From assembly GCA_964549105.1 (NCBI GenBank), contig CAZJTZ010000012.1:29850-93849 (forward strand): 64,000 nucleotides of DNA, read 5' to 3'. The position numbers and the translations under genes are program-made. This stretch comes from an uncultured Nitrospirales bacterium. Its GTDB lineage: Bacteria; Hydrogenedentota; Hydrogenedentia; Hydrogenedentales; Hydrogenedentaceae. Under the pieces are notes generated by a model. The model searched no databases and was not told where the DNA came from. It was given only the letters and a program-made list of their open reading frames with translations. Below, one piece after another: positions 48,961 to 59,561 of this stretch (positions are counted from its first letter, which is position 1; each line of letters begins with the position of its first letter).

Positions 48961-49003
48961 CCCTGCCCTGTGTTCTTCCATCAGGGCGGGGATTTATTTT
49001 TGT
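48961..49003 (+). terminator. Rho-independent terminator after the Gfo/Idh/MocA gene
   Basis: CCCTGCCCTG-tgttcttccat-CAGGGCGGGG forms a 10-bp GC-rich stem (one G-U pair), followed by gaTTTATTTTTg. Confidence 0.55.
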
Positions 49004-49171
49004 AGACATCCGAAAAACTGATTCAGTTACACTTTGCAATGATGTTAAACGGAATTACCATAAAACAATATGTTCTGGACAGCCCTATGCAAAATTCTCC
49101 TTAACATAGCCTATCCCTAAAAAGATGTAACTCAAATAGAGATATTTGTCTCTGCACTAAAAAGATATTTT

Positions 49172-50959
49172 TTAGGAGTTTCTATTAGTTTCACCATAAG
49201 GTTTGACAAGGACTCCAAAATAGAGAAAAAGCAACCCACCAATTAATAACAGAATGGATATTGTAACCCCGATATAACATTCAATCCCATGAGTTGAAAT
49301 GAGTGAAACAAGGAATAATGCTATCGCAATTAATATCCCACAAATCCCAACTACATTGTAAGGAGAAAAATAGCCCTTAGCCCCAAGAATTTCTTTGTCT
49401 TCATCTAATTTTCCAATAGGATTCTCAATCTTTTCAAAGAACTTGCCAATCTTATTTCGTTCAGCCACAGAAGCAGGAAACATAATGGTCAATAATTCCA
49501 TAAACAGGTAAGTCATAGCTGTGGTGGAGAGAAACATGGCTATTTCCATTTTCATAGCCAGTCCCCAGAGAATCCACTCTTTCTTATCTGCCATCCATGC
49601 AATCCCAAAAGGCAAGGTAAAGGAAGATACGGCTAATTGAATATATAGCAGGAACAAACCTAAAAATGTGCCTACACAGAATCCCCAGACGGCACTTCGA
49701 GCCGTATATCGTTTTGATACCATCCCCAACATCATTGGCACGGCTACCGGTCCTGTCGCAACACCGAACAAGGTAACCATAATTCGGAACAGGTCTTCTG
49801 CCTTTCCCCGCGTTAGTAAGAAGGCAACAAATAACGCAAGTATACCCACCAATATTGTGCTTGCCCGGGCTACAAATACAAGTTCTTTATCTCTGGCTGA
49901 AGGACGAATTAGTCTACGATAGACATCCTCCGTAATGACACTGGCACATACATTAAAATCACTACTGAGCGTGGACATTGTCGCCGAAAACATGGCAGAA
50001 ATAAGGAGTCCCAGCATACCCGCAGGTAATAGCATAGAACAAAGCACAGGATAAATGTCTCCCGCGTCTTGTAATCCGGGTGCAATGATTTTGCCTGCAA
50101 AAGCAGGAAAGAACATAAGTGGAGGACCTACGATATATAGCAGAATAACTGTCAAACCAACCTTCCGCACTTCTTTCTCATCCCTCACACAGTAATATCG
50201 TTGAATTAATGACCAGTTGATACTACTCCATGAAAAGGCATACAGAATGATGAGAGGCAATACATAACTCCACGGAAACTCCTCATTTGTCAAGTGGAAA
50301 AAGCCCTCAGGTGAATGTTCAAAGATTTGTCCCAAACCGCCTGCATGATATATGGACAGAGGTAATATCACCAATAGCCCGGCACCCAATACAATGAATT
50401 GAATAAAATCAGTAATTGTAACGGCCCACAGTCCACCCAGAAATGTGCAGAAGAGGATAATGCCGCCAACCAATAAAATGGAATAGGCTATCGGCAAATT
50501 GGTAATAATAGACACAAACTTTCCTGTGGCAAACAGTTTCATACTATCATCTACAATCTTTACAGGCACTCCTTGCCAGACAAAGATTTGCCGAAGCAGC
50601 CCGTTATATCGTCCTTCTATAAATTCAACGGGACTATTTACACGAAGCCGTCGCCAACGCCAACCGAATAGGTAGACACTATAAATCGTTGCAGGAACAG
50701 CCACCCATAACAAAGTGATACCTACCCAACCATAGCGGTAACATAATGACGGGTAGAAAACAAATCCCGCAACGCTAAAACTTGTCATCCAGAATGAAAC
50801 GCCACTCAGCCACCACGGAATCCGATTTCCTCCCTTGAAATAGTCCCTCAATTGCTGGATATAACGATATGAATATAGGCTCACCCCTAACATAAGTGCA
50901 AAGTAAAAAACAATCAGTGCCCAATCAGAAAACGCCAGTGTCTTGCTTGCAATATTCAC
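49172..50959 (-). CDS. Sodium:solute symporter (SSS) family transporter
   Basis: 595 aa with about 13-14 transmembrane helices. The N-terminal YFKGGNRIPWWLSGVSFWMTSFSVAGFV matches the SSF signature region. Confidence 0.7.
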   Translation of the reverse strand: MNIASKTLAFSDWALIVFYFALMLGVSLYSYRYIQQLRDYFKGGNRIPWWLSGVSFWMTSFSVAGFVFYPSLCYRYGWVGITLLWVAVPATIYSVYLFGWRWRRLRVNSPVEFIEGRYNGLLRQIFVWQGVPVKIVDDSMKLFATGKFVSIITNLPIAYSILLVGGIILFCTFLGGLWAVTITDFIQFIVLGAGLLVILPLSIYHAGGLGQIFEHSPEGFFHLTNEEFPWSYVLPLIILYAFSWSSINWSLIQRYYCVRDEKEVRKVGLTVILLYIVGPPLMFFPAFAGKIIAPGLQDAGDIYPVLCSMLLPAGMLGLLISAMFSATMSTLSSDFNVCASVITEDVYRRLIRPSARDKELVFVARASTILVGILALFVAFLLTRGKAEDLFRIMVTLFGVATGPVAVPMMLGMVSKRYTARSAVWGFCVGTFLGLFLLYIQLAVSSFTLPFGIAWMADKKEWILWGLAMKMEIAMFLSTTAMTYLFMELLTIMFPASVAERNKIGKFFEKIENPIGKLDEDKEILGAKGYFSPYNVVGICGILIAIALFLVSLISTHGIECYIGVTISILLLIGGLLFLYFGVLVKPYGETNRNS

Positions 50960-50994
50960 TAATCTTTTCTACTCCTATATAAAGTCTGTTCCAA

Positions 50995-51831
50995 TTACTT
51001 AAAACAACCCAACGAATGGAGGTATTTAACGGAACTTTCAATGGCTTCCTTAGTCTGGGCTTCGGTAAGTTCCACACCCTTGACACCTTCAAACTCAATA
51101 GTAATTGGACCGTTGTAATGGTGTTCCTTTAACACTTTCAATATTTCTGGAAAGTTTACCTTCCCCTGTCCTAATGCCGGGAAATTCCAGACATCAACTT
51201 CGCCTGTGTGGTCTTTAAATTCTAAGGTGGCTACATAAGAAATGGACTTTTTCAGTTCCGTTACTGCGTCTGTATTCTGATTATAGAAGGTAATATTACC
51301 CGTATCGAAGTTCACACGGACACGAGGATGATTAATGGCTTTCATGGTTTCCATTTGTACATCACCGTTAGTTCCCAGGTCGGGATGCGTTTCCAATACG
51401 ATGGTTACATTATACTTCTCCGCAACATCACCAGCACGACGCAACCGTTCATAAACTACTTCTTTCGGGGTTTCCTGTCGCTTGGCAGATAGAAACAAGA
51501 AATGCACATCCATCTGCGAACATACTTGGAACTGACCTTCCAATTGCTGAACACAACTGTCTTGTGTTAAATCTGCCTCTCCCCGCATTACCAAAACTTT
51601 CAAATTATGTTCATTCAACTTCTTCATCATATCCGCAACCTGGTCGGCGGGGGGAACTGAAATAAATACATATTTAACACCGATACTTGACAGATGTGCC
51701 CAGGCACTTTCCTGATAATTTCCATAACTTGTCAGACGCACACCTATCGGTGGACAAAATTCTTCTTCACCCATTACAGAAAAACTTACACATATTAAAA
51801 AAATAAGACTTCCTATTTGCTTCCAATACAT
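50995..51831 (-). CDS. Sugar phosphate isomerase/epimerase (xylose-isomerase-like TIM barrel), exported
   Basis: Signal peptide (IGSLIFLICVSFSVMG). TIM-barrel metal-site motifs (LETHPD, VNFDTGN). Length 278 aa. Confidence 0.65.
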   Translation of the reverse strand: MYWKQIGSLIFLICVSFSVMGEEEFCPPIGVRLTSYGNYQESAWAHLSSIGVKYVFISVPPADQVADMMKKLNEHNLKVLVMRGEADLTQDSCVQQLEGQFQVCSQMDVHFLFLSAKRQETPKEVVYERLRRAGDVAEKYNVTIVLETHPDLGTNGDVQMETMKAINHPRVRVNFDTGNITFYNQNTDAVTELKKSISYVATLEFKDHTGEVDVWNFPALGQGKVNFPEILKVLKEHHYNGPITIEFEGVKGVELTEAQTKEAIESSVKYLHSLGCFK

Positions 51832-52288
51832 ATCGTCAAATCCTTGTATTTGAAATTTAAGTACTTATGCTTTGTCAAAAAATGATAAGAAATAAGATAA
51901 AGTAAAATCAAAAGAAAATTATTAATAAAATTCAACTGTTATTTACTTTGAACTGTTTTTTACTTGAACGATAACTCCAAAAGTCTATTTGCCTACGCAT
52001 AACATTTTAACATCTTTGTCCAACAAATTTTATAACTACGCCAATTCTTTCCGATGTGCCCAGACTTTTTCAAATACTTTCACATACTTTTTGCATAGTC
52101 ATAGAACTTACTATCGCAGTCATCGCACCTGCTAACTTTAAAATTCTCTACGCGTAGAACCTTTCTTTTCTTTATATCTTTTGTTTTTCCTAACACAACT
52201 CCTATCATTTTGTTTTACCTTTCTATTTTAAGATAATAATTGTATAAAATAAAATTAATAGGAAATAAATAATAGGAAAATAATTAGA

Positions 52289-53638
52289 ATGAATATAAAA
52301 ATCCGAATTACAATTTTACCTCTTTTATGTATATCGGCAATGGCTATAAGCGAAGAGACATGGAAAATTGGTATCGCGGTTAGTGATATTACACCTCCTA
52401 CAGGCGTCTGGTTAGCAGGATATGCGATGCGTGACCGTCCTGCGGAAGGCGTAATTCATCCTTTATGGGTAAAAGCCATGGCACTACAAGACGCACAAGA
52501 GAAAACAGCCGTAATTGTAAGTAGCGATATCCTTGGCTTTCCTGCAGAAATGTCGCAACAGATAAAACAAAGGGTAAAGGACAGAAAAGGGTTAGAACCT
52601 GCTGATATTATCTTGAACAGTTCACATACACATTCCGGTCCTGTTATTTATAACTCTCTCTTGTCCCTCTATCCGATAGAGGAAGATTCAGAGGCAATGA
52701 ACATGATTAGAGATTACACAAAAGAACTTGAAAATAAGGTTGTGGATACAATTGTCAATGCGGTTGACCACCTTGAACCTGCAAAGTTATATCGAGGAAA
52801 TGGAATAGTGCGTTTTGCTGTGAATCGCCGAAATAATAAAGAGTCCGAAATAGAGAATACTTACGATTTGAAAGGGCCTATAGACCATACCGTTCCTATC
52901 CTTGTCTCCAAAAATATTCAAGATAGAAGCGTACAGACAATCGTGTTCGGTTATGCCTGCCATGCCACAACATTATCAGGGTATCAGTGGTGTGGTGATT
53001 ATCCAGGCTTTGCACAGATAGAGTTAGAAAAGACTTATCCAACGGCAAAAGCCCTTTTTGTTGCTGGCTGTGGTGCGGATATCAATCCATTACCGCGTAG
53101 AACAGTAGCATTGGCACAACAATATGGCAAAGAACTTGCCTGTGCCGTTGCCCGTGCAATGGAAGATACCCTTCAAGAATTAAAACCCTCACTCAAAACA
53201 TATTTGGAAACGGTAAACCTACCATTAGCAACACCTATTACAAAAGAAGAACTCCAGCAAATCTCCGCAGATACCAGTAAAGTAGATTATATTCGCCGTT
53301 CTGCGAATGATTTACTTAAAGATTTAGAACGAGGCTTACCTCTTCGGACCTCTTACCCCTATCCAATACAGGTCTGGAATGTCGGTGGATTACCAATAAT
53401 TGCATTAGGTGGAGAAGTAGTTGTAGATTATGCAATTAGAATCAAGAAAGAAGTAGCGAACAATGCTATGGTCTTAGGTTACTCTAATGACCTGATGAGT
53501 TATATTCCATCTGCTTGTGTGATTAGGGAAGGAGGCTATGAAGGGGATACTTCTCAATTAGAATATAAAATGCCTGCCCAATGGAAAGAAGAGATAGAAG
53601 AACTCATTATAAATACAGTAACCCGTATAAAGTTTTAA
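52289..53638 (+). CDS. Neutral/alkaline ceramidase-like hydrolase, exported
   Basis: Signal peptide. The N-terminal KIGIAVSDITPPTGVWLAGYAMRDRPAEGVIHPLWVKAMAL matches the neutral ceramidase N-terminal motif (G.A..DITP...GY....GIHD.L.aRA). Length 449 aa. Confidence 0.5.
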   Translation: MNIKIRITILPLLCISAMAISEETWKIGIAVSDITPPTGVWLAGYAMRDRPAEGVIHPLWVKAMALQDAQEKTAVIVSSDILGFPAEMSQQIKQRVKDRKGLEPADIILNSSHTHSGPVIYNSLLSLYPIEEDSEAMNMIRDYTKELENKVVDTIVNAVDHLEPAKLYRGNGIVRFAVNRRNNKESEIENTYDLKGPIDHTVPILVSKNIQDRSVQTIVFGYACHATTLSGYQWCGDYPGFAQIELEKTYPTAKALFVAGCGADINPLPRRTVALAQQYGKELACAVARAMEDTLQELKPSLKTYLETVNLPLATPITKEELQQISADTSKVDYIRRSANDLLKDLERGLPLRTSYPYPIQVWNVGGLPIIALGGEVVVDYAIRIKKEVANNAMVLGYSNDLMSYIPSACVIREGGYEGDTSQLEYKMPAQWKEEIEELIINTVTRIKF

Positions 53639-53647
53639 TTGCTGCTT

Positions 53648-56600
53648 TTATGTATATCTCGCCTCGGGATGGAAGGAGACCACAGCACCTGTAGTGCAGG
53701 TAGGAAAGAATTGCCCCGATTCCAGAACGGTAACACCAATAGATTCGCCACCACCCAGGATATCAAGCAGAACATTATTCATCATAAGGTTTGTCATGCC
53801 GGGATAGCCCGGCGACCAGCGTCTCCCCTGCCCATGGGGAATGTGTAACAAATCACGCATACAGCAATGTATGTATTCGGCTGTATCTTCTGCTATACGG
53901 TCGCCCAATCCCTGCAAGAACAAATATCCCTCATTATCGTCCTGCTCTTTCAGGTATTCAAGTCCCTGCTGGATATTTGAACCTGCGGTAGCAACCTGTA
54001 AACCTATTACATCCCATTCATTTTCGCTCACAGAACGGAAGTATTGTGCACCAGAAACAATGTCTTTTTCGCCAGCACCGATAACTACCGTAAATTCAAT
54101 TTTGCCCAGCAATTTATTTGTATCCTCCGCATCGTATACAAGAACACAATCGCCATCAGATTTAGCAGGAAATAAGCCATAAATTCCCTGAGGTTCTATC
54201 CACTTATTTTTATCTACGAGTGAAATCCATTTCTGGAACAGGGCTTCTAATTCTTCTAAACTATGTCCTGCCCTTTCCTGGCTGGTTTTGCCTCCAAATT
54301 TCCAATTCAAAGAGAACAAGGTTTTTTTGTCAATATGCGGTATAAACTCAGATAGCTGCATGCGGAACAAGCGACAACGAAATCGTGGTTTTTCAGGATA
54401 TTGTGGATATTGTTTAGGAATAATGCGACGGGGTAGTTCCTTTAATTTCTGTCCCTCCTCCTGAACACGCTTTGTAGCCTGAAGGTATCGCTGTTTTAAT
54501 GCTTCTCGATTTTGATGTAGCAATTTTTCTTGTAGTTCGGTTGAGGAGACTAACGAGTTCATCACATTCACAGCGTCCATTGCTGTTCGACAGTAAAACA
54601 CATCCGGTCGGATTCGGTTCAGGTCTTCCTGTCCCATCATTGCAACAAAAGCACTGTGCCTTGGTGTAACGGCTGCACCACCTATTAAAATGGGGATGTC
54701 TAATCCCTGCTCTTTACTCATCCGCGATACCGTTATCATGTGATTTGCTGTTTGCACCAATAGAGCAGACATGCCGATAGCCGTTGCGTTATGTTCTTTC
54801 GCCTGGTCAATAAATTCTTGCAATGGCACCATCACACCCAGGTCAATGACCTTGTAACCGTAATTTTCCAGTAATGTTTTTGTAAGGTCTTTTCCTATGG
54901 AGTGGACATCTTGATAGACTGTTCCCAAAACAATAGTGCCGTGTGTCGTATCCTCAGACAAATCTCGCTGCTCCTGCTTCGCCTTATGCCGCAAATAGCC
55001 TTCTATAAAACCCATGGCTTGTTTCATCACATCGGCAGAACGGAGCAAGTGGGGCAAGGATACTTCCCCTTTCCCAAACAAATCACCCAATTCTTGCATG
55101 GCAGGCATGAGATATTCACTCACGAAGGTCAATGGTTCATGTTTCTCTAACGCTCGGGCTACCTGTGGAACAATCAAGTCCTGATACTCATATACAAATC
55201 CACGAAATTCAATTTGTCCTTTCTGTCGCTCTTTGAATCCATCTTTTATCTTCTCACAAATCGTCTTCTCAATTGGAAGTTCATCATAATTATTTTTCTT
55301 GATAGTTTCCTTTTGTTTTAACGAAAGCGACCGCTCTTCCAAAACTGCGAAGGATTCCATATCCCGCTCAAAGATTATCTTTTTTGCTAAGCGATAATCC
55401 TCAGGGTCAAGATTTTCTACAAATACATAGTGTTGGGGGTTAAGAATAGCGGAATGGAGACCGCATTTTCGGGCTTCATCTAAAAATACAGAGGTTAGCA
55501 CCTTCCGCATGTGGGGTTTTTGTGCTAAACCATTGGTCAAATTCCCAACACCAATAATGGTGAAAGCCTCAGGAATTTCATTACGCACCTTTTCAATCCC
55601 TTTGAGCGTTTCCAGCGCGTAATTTTGTGTTTCATCGGATTCCGCACCGATAGGGAATACATTGACATCTATAAATAAACGCTGTGGAGAAACACCATAC
55701 TCTCCTGCTTTTTCCACTATCTTTTTCGCCAATGCTGATTTTCTTTCGACTGTATCGGCTGGTCCTTTGGAATCTGTGCAGAGAGCCACATAAAAACAGC
55801 CAAAATCTTTTGTTTGTGGTAGAAGCACATCTAATTTTGTTTTGCCCGGTTCGACCTCTTCCAGAGATATAGAATTGAGTATGGGCACACCGGCATAGTG
55901 ATAGACGGACTGAACCAGGGCATCGGGCTGAAACGAATCAATACAAAGAGCACCTTTTATATCTGCACTGATTTGGTGAACCACTTTACACAGTGTCGTT
56001 ACTGTATTCACATGGTTGGAGTCCATACAGACATCTATAATCTCGCAACCTAAATCGTCTACCTGTTCGCGAGCCACTTCTTCCAGCGTGTCCATATCAA
56101 TCCCTGAATCGGTTTCCACGGCATCACGCACCTTTTTTGAGCCTCGCACATTCAATCGTTCTCCAATACGAATAAGAGAATGAGTAGCGTCCAGTGCCAC
56201 TGCATTTTGCACACCTGAAATAAAAATCTCACGGGACACCTGACGAGGTGTAGGTTTTTTGTCCTTCAGCCTTTCAACCAGTTCTGCAATATGTTCAGGT
56301 CGTGTTCCACAGCAACCTCCGACAATATTGAGTCCATAGTCCAGTGCTAAGGAACTTAACAGGTCAGCAAAAGGCTTCGGGTCAAAGCGAAAAACTGTTT
56401 TACCACCTTCGGATATAGGCATGCCCGCATTGGGAATAGCACTTAACGGAACATGGGTATAGCGGGACAATTTTTCTACTGCTGGACGCATAAGGTCAGG
56501 ACCAATTGAACAATTAATCCCAAAAACATCAATACCCAGAGCCTCGATACTAACAAGAGCCGCATGAATATCGGTATTAAAGATTTGCATACGGGCAAAC

Positions 56601-57274
56601 GGGTCAACGGTAACCTGTGCAATAATAGGCAAAGTCTTATTACACTCGCACATTGCGTCGCGTGCACCGAAAATACCTGCTTTTAGTTCCAATATATCCT
56701 GCTGGGTCTCAAACAGAACAGCGTCAACACCGCCATCCATTAAGCCCTTCACTTGAAGTCGAAAGTTCTCGCGAATCTCTTCAAATGTGGCTGAAGCAAG
56801 TCCTGCCCGTGAAAAGGTGAGAACCCGATTGGAAGGTCCGACAGAACCTAATATAAAAAGGGGTCTACCATCGTACTTCTGCGAACGCATATATTCATTG
56901 CGAGCTTCGTTCGCAATTTCAGCACCGCGACGGCTTAAGTAATAACTCCAATCTTTGTGAGATATTTTTTGCAAGGTTAAACCGTAGGGATTGGGTGGAA
57001 ACACCTTCGTATCCAGTTCAGAAAAATTATACTCCGACAGACGAAACCGGGAAGCACCAAAGGTATTTGTTTCCACAGCACTGCTACCTGCTTCAAAATA
57101 AGTGCGATGAATGGATTTCAATGCTTCGGGTGCTGAGAAATTGATTAAGTCCGTAAGCATGTGATACGGTTCACCACCATAATACTCAACACCGAGGTTC
57201 AAATCTTGCACCATCGTGCCAGTAGCACCATCTATAATAAGAATTTGTTGCTTTATATAGTCTAAAAATTCCAT
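53648..57274 (-). CDS. metH: Cobalamin-dependent methionine synthase (MetH)
   Basis: 1208 aa. Contains the Hcy-binding domain (GGCCGTRPEHI), a pterin-binding domain, the B12-binding DxHxxG motif (VYQDVHSIGKDL), and a C-terminal AdoMet activation domain. Confidence 0.9.
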   Translation of the reverse strand: MEFLDYIKQQILIIDGATGTMVQDLNLGVEYYGGEPYHMLTDLINFSAPEALKSIHRTYFEAGSSAVETNTFGASRFRLSEYNFSELDTKVFPPNPYGLTLQKISHKDWSYYLSRRGAEIANEARNEYMRSQKYDGRPLFILGSVGPSNRVLTFSRAGLASATFEEIRENFRLQVKGLMDGGVDAVLFETQQDILELKAGIFGARDAMCECNKTLPIIAQVTVDPFARMQIFNTDIHAALVSIEALGIDVFGINCSIGPDLMRPAVEKLSRYTHVPLSAIPNAGMPISEGGKTVFRFDPKPFADLLSSLALDYGLNIVGGCCGTRPEHIAELVERLKDKKPTPRQVSREIFISGVQNAVALDATHSLIRIGERLNVRGSKKVRDAVETDSGIDMDTLEEVAREQVDDLGCEIIDVCMDSNHVNTVTTLCKVVHQISADIKGALCIDSFQPDALVQSVYHYAGVPILNSISLEEVEPGKTKLDVLLPQTKDFGCFYVALCTDSKGPADTVERKSALAKKIVEKAGEYGVSPQRLFIDVNVFPIGAESDETQNYALETLKGIEKVRNEIPEAFTIIGVGNLTNGLAQKPHMRKVLTSVFLDEARKCGLHSAILNPQHYVFVENLDPEDYRLAKKIIFERDMESFAVLEERSLSLKQKETIKKNNYDELPIEKTICEKIKDGFKERQKGQIEFRGFVYEYQDLIVPQVARALEKHEPLTFVSEYLMPAMQELGDLFGKGEVSLPHLLRSADVMKQAMGFIEGYLRHKAKQEQRDLSEDTTHGTIVLGTVYQDVHSIGKDLTKTLLENYGYKVIDLGVMVPLQEFIDQAKEHNATAIGMSALLVQTANHMITVSRMSKEQGLDIPILIGGAAVTPRHSAFVAMMGQEDLNRIRPDVFYCRTAMDAVNVMNSLVSSTELQEKLLHQNREALKQRYLQATKRVQEEGQKLKELPRRIIPKQYPQYPEKPRFRCRLFRMQLSEFIPHIDKKTLFSLNWKFGGKTSQERAGHSLEELEALFQKWISLVDKNKWIEPQGIYGLFPAKSDGDCVLVYDAEDTNKLLGKIEFTVVIGAGEKDIVSGAQYFRSVSENEWDVIGLQVATAGSNIQQGLEYLKEQDDNEGYLFLQGLGDRIAEDTAEYIHCCMRDLLHIPHGQGRRWSPGYPGMTNLMMNNVLLDILGGGESIGVTVLESGQFFPTCTTGAVVSFHPEARYT

Positions 57275-57404
57275 AAAGATATTCCGGAAAAATTAAGAGA
57301 AAAAATCTGAAATTAAAATAATATCATAATCAGGAGTTCTGTTTATCCTTTGTATAAATAAAAAGGACATTTTTAATATCTGGATAAGTTTCCGACAACT
57401 TCCT

Positions 57405-58571
57405 TTAAGGTAAGGGAAGAGCCTCAAATCGTTTTGGTAGAAGGACAAGATGAATCTCTTCATAGCCGAAACGAGAACAATTGAATACAATTCCTGAACT
57501 ATCGGGCAAGAAGGATGCGTGTGGATGAACTTTTATATTATTACCGATTTTCCCTGAGACGAGTAATCTACGCTCTTTTGTCTTCGGAGAAATTAACCAG
57601 ATATTCCTGTTAAAATCGTCACCTAACACCCATTTGTGGTTATGGCTTCCGTGTGTATGCCATGCAGGATACTGAGCCAACAAATTAAGAATCCCTTTTT
57701 GACCGCGTTCCCTATCTGTTTCTGCAACACCATGAGGTAGTTTTTTGTGCTGTTCATCATAAGGCCAGATGGTAAACAAGGCATGCTGTTTGTCCCACCA
57801 GACTTCATGAGTTACCCAGAGTTCATCATGTTCAGCAAAGAAAGGCTCTGCTTTTCGTGTTTTTTCTGACCAACACCGGGTACGTTGAGGACTATCTCCA
57901 CTGGTCTCCCAACAAAACATGACCAGGTCCGGGTTCCACGGATTGGGTTGGACATGCCCTATCTTGAAAGAAACACGGACACATTCTTCCCATGTGCCAT
58001 CAGATATTTTCAATCTTCTCAAAACATTTTGTTCTTCCCCGTCTTTATGGGTTCCACAATATAACCATTTTTCATCTGAATCAATCCCTATGCCACCTAT
58101 CATACTGCCAAATTCCTGAGGAAATGAACCAATCTCCACTCTGTCTCCCGAAGGTTCTTGCTTAAATACCCGGTCTCCGTTAAAGAAATAAACCCGTTCT
58201 GTATTCCAGGATAAGGTAAAGTTGCCTACACCCTTTTCGAGGATTGGGGAAATTTCCTTTGTCATTATGTCCAAACGGTGCAATCGCATGTTCCCATCGG
58301 AACGGTCAGACATGAAATAGAAATGTTTTCCTTCTTTTCCCCACATAGGGTGTGTTTGGTATATTGTGGTATTCTTTGAAGGTCCTGTAATAATCCTATA
58401 TATTTTTGTTCCTGTCCTTTCGTCTTCATACATCTCAAATTTGTCCCAGAGCTTTTTCATTTCCTGCCCTTGAGAAAAAGACTTTGTTGCGATGGAAAGG
58501 AAGAGTGTAGATGTTATAAATTCACGACGAGTAAATTGAATCTTTGAGTGTTTTGACATTTTAGATACCAT
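57405..58571 (-). CDS. Oligogalacturonide-lyase-like (Ogl/PF14583-like beta-propeller) protein with a TAT signal
   Basis: The signal MSKHSKIQFTRREFITSTLF has a twin-arginine motif. The N-terminal FEMYEDERTGTKIYRIITGPSKNTTIYQTHPMWGKEGKHFYFMSDRSDGNMRLHRLDIMTKEISPI parallels the Ogl N-terminal pattern (D..TG..v.RLT......h.YF.....t.DG..L.f....dG..nly.ldL.tg...qLT). Start set to ATG at 58571, with an alternative at 58559. The ORF track begins at 58625, which overlaps metF. Confidence 0.5.
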   Translation of the reverse strand: MVSKMSKHSKIQFTRREFITSTLFLSIATKSFSQGQEMKKLWDKFEMYEDERTGTKIYRIITGPSKNTTIYQTHPMWGKEGKHFYFMSDRSDGNMRLHRLDIMTKEISPILEKGVGNFTLSWNTERVYFFNGDRVFKQEPSGDRVEIGSFPQEFGSMIGGIGIDSDEKWLYCGTHKDGEEQNVLRRLKISDGTWEECVRVSFKIGHVQPNPWNPDLVMFCWETSGDSPQRTRCWSEKTRKAEPFFAEHDELWVTHEVWWDKQHALFTIWPYDEQHKKLPHGVAETDRERGQKGILNLLAQYPAWHTHGSHNHKWVLGDDFNRNIWLISPKTKERRLLVSGKIGNNIKVHPHASFLPDSSGIVFNCSRFGYEEIHLVLLPKRFEALPLP

Positions 58572-58587
58572 TTTAAAGATTAAACAA

Positions 58588-59472
58588 TTATAGAGTAAGG
58601 GCACGACATATATGAAGTGCAGCACGGGATTTGTTTAGAACATAAAAATGCACGCCGGGCACTCCTTGCTGTAATAATTCTTCAACCTGCCGTGTAGCAT
58701 AATAAACCCCTACTGCAAATTGACCCTCTTCATCTTTCTCGTGTTTTTCCAATCGTTCTAATAGGGTTGGGGTTAAACTTGCTCCACAAAGGGAAGTAAT
58801 TTTCCGGACCTGCGCTAAATTGGTAACAGGGAGAATACCGGGGACAATAGGCACATTAATCTTTGCCTTTTCACACAGGTCTCGAAACCGATAGAAAGCC
58901 TCATTATCATAAAAAAGTTGTGTAAGCACAACCTCACCACCAGCATCTACCTTCTCTTTCAAGTGTTGTATGTCCTCTTCTAAACTGGGTGCCTCGGGAT
59001 GTTTTTCGGGGTAGCCACCGACAAGGATATTAAACTTAGGAAATTCAGATTTAATCAGGTGAACTAATTCTACAGCATATCTAAAACCACCCGGGGTAGG
59101 AATAAAAGGGCAAGCATTTCCTGGTGCGTCCCCACGAAGTGCCACAATGCCAGATACGGACAATTCTTTTGCCTGGTAGAGATAATTTAACATATCCCCT
59201 TTTGAAGCGTTCACACAGGTTAGATGCGAAACGATGGGGATATCAGGGTAATCTTTATGTATCCAGCGAAGAACATCTAAAGTTCTTTTTTGTGCCTCTT
59301 CAAGTGGTGTATTTCCTCCTGCTCCATAGGTGCAAGTAACAAAACCCGGCTTACACTTTATCAATTCACGAAAATGCTCATATAACTCGGCCAGGCCCTG
59401 CCATGTCTTTGGCGGGAATAACTCAAAAGAAATCACAGGCTTCTGCTGCTGGTATAATGAGACTAAATTCAT
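58588..59472 (-). CDS. metF: 5,10-methylenetetrahydrofolate reductase (MetF)
   Basis: Strong similarity pattern to E. coli MetF: FELFPPKT, TYGAGG, HLTCV, VALRGD, GYPEKHPEA, KVDAGG, TQLFYD, IVPGILPV, and FYVLNKS at the C-terminus. Length 294 aa. Confidence 0.9.
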   Translation of the reverse strand: MNLVSLYQQQKPVISFELFPPKTWQGLAELYEHFRELIKCKPGFVTCTYGAGGNTPLEEAQKRTLDVLRWIHKDYPDIPIVSHLTCVNASKGDMLNYLYQAKELSVSGIVALRGDAPGNACPFIPTPGGFRYAVELVHLIKSEFPKFNILVGGYPEKHPEAPSLEEDIQHLKEKVDAGGEVVLTQLFYDNEAFYRFRDLCEKAKINVPIVPGILPVTNLAQVRKITSLCGASLTPTLLERLEKHEKDEEGQFAVGVYYATRQVEELLQQGVPGVHFYVLNKSRAALHICRALTL

Positions 59473-59561
59473 TGCTAAAATTTTATCCTGATTTGTTTAT
59501 AATTGACGGTAATAATTATAACTAAACCCTGCAAACAAATTCCCAAATCTTTCAGATAAAT

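Noticed and set aside
57275-57404. SAM-I or B12 riboswitch upstream of metH, and the same upstream of metF at 59473..59561
   Set aside because: Looked for the SAM-I core (CUUAUCAAGAG...GGAGGGA...GGCCC) and the B12 box (GCCACUG) and found neither. Only weak 5-bp stems are present. An Rfam scan would be needed for certainty.
57293-57490. 65-aa minus-strand ORF between metH and the Ogl-like gene
   Set aside because: It overlaps the 3' end of the Ogl-like gene in another frame and has no RBS. Likely spurious.
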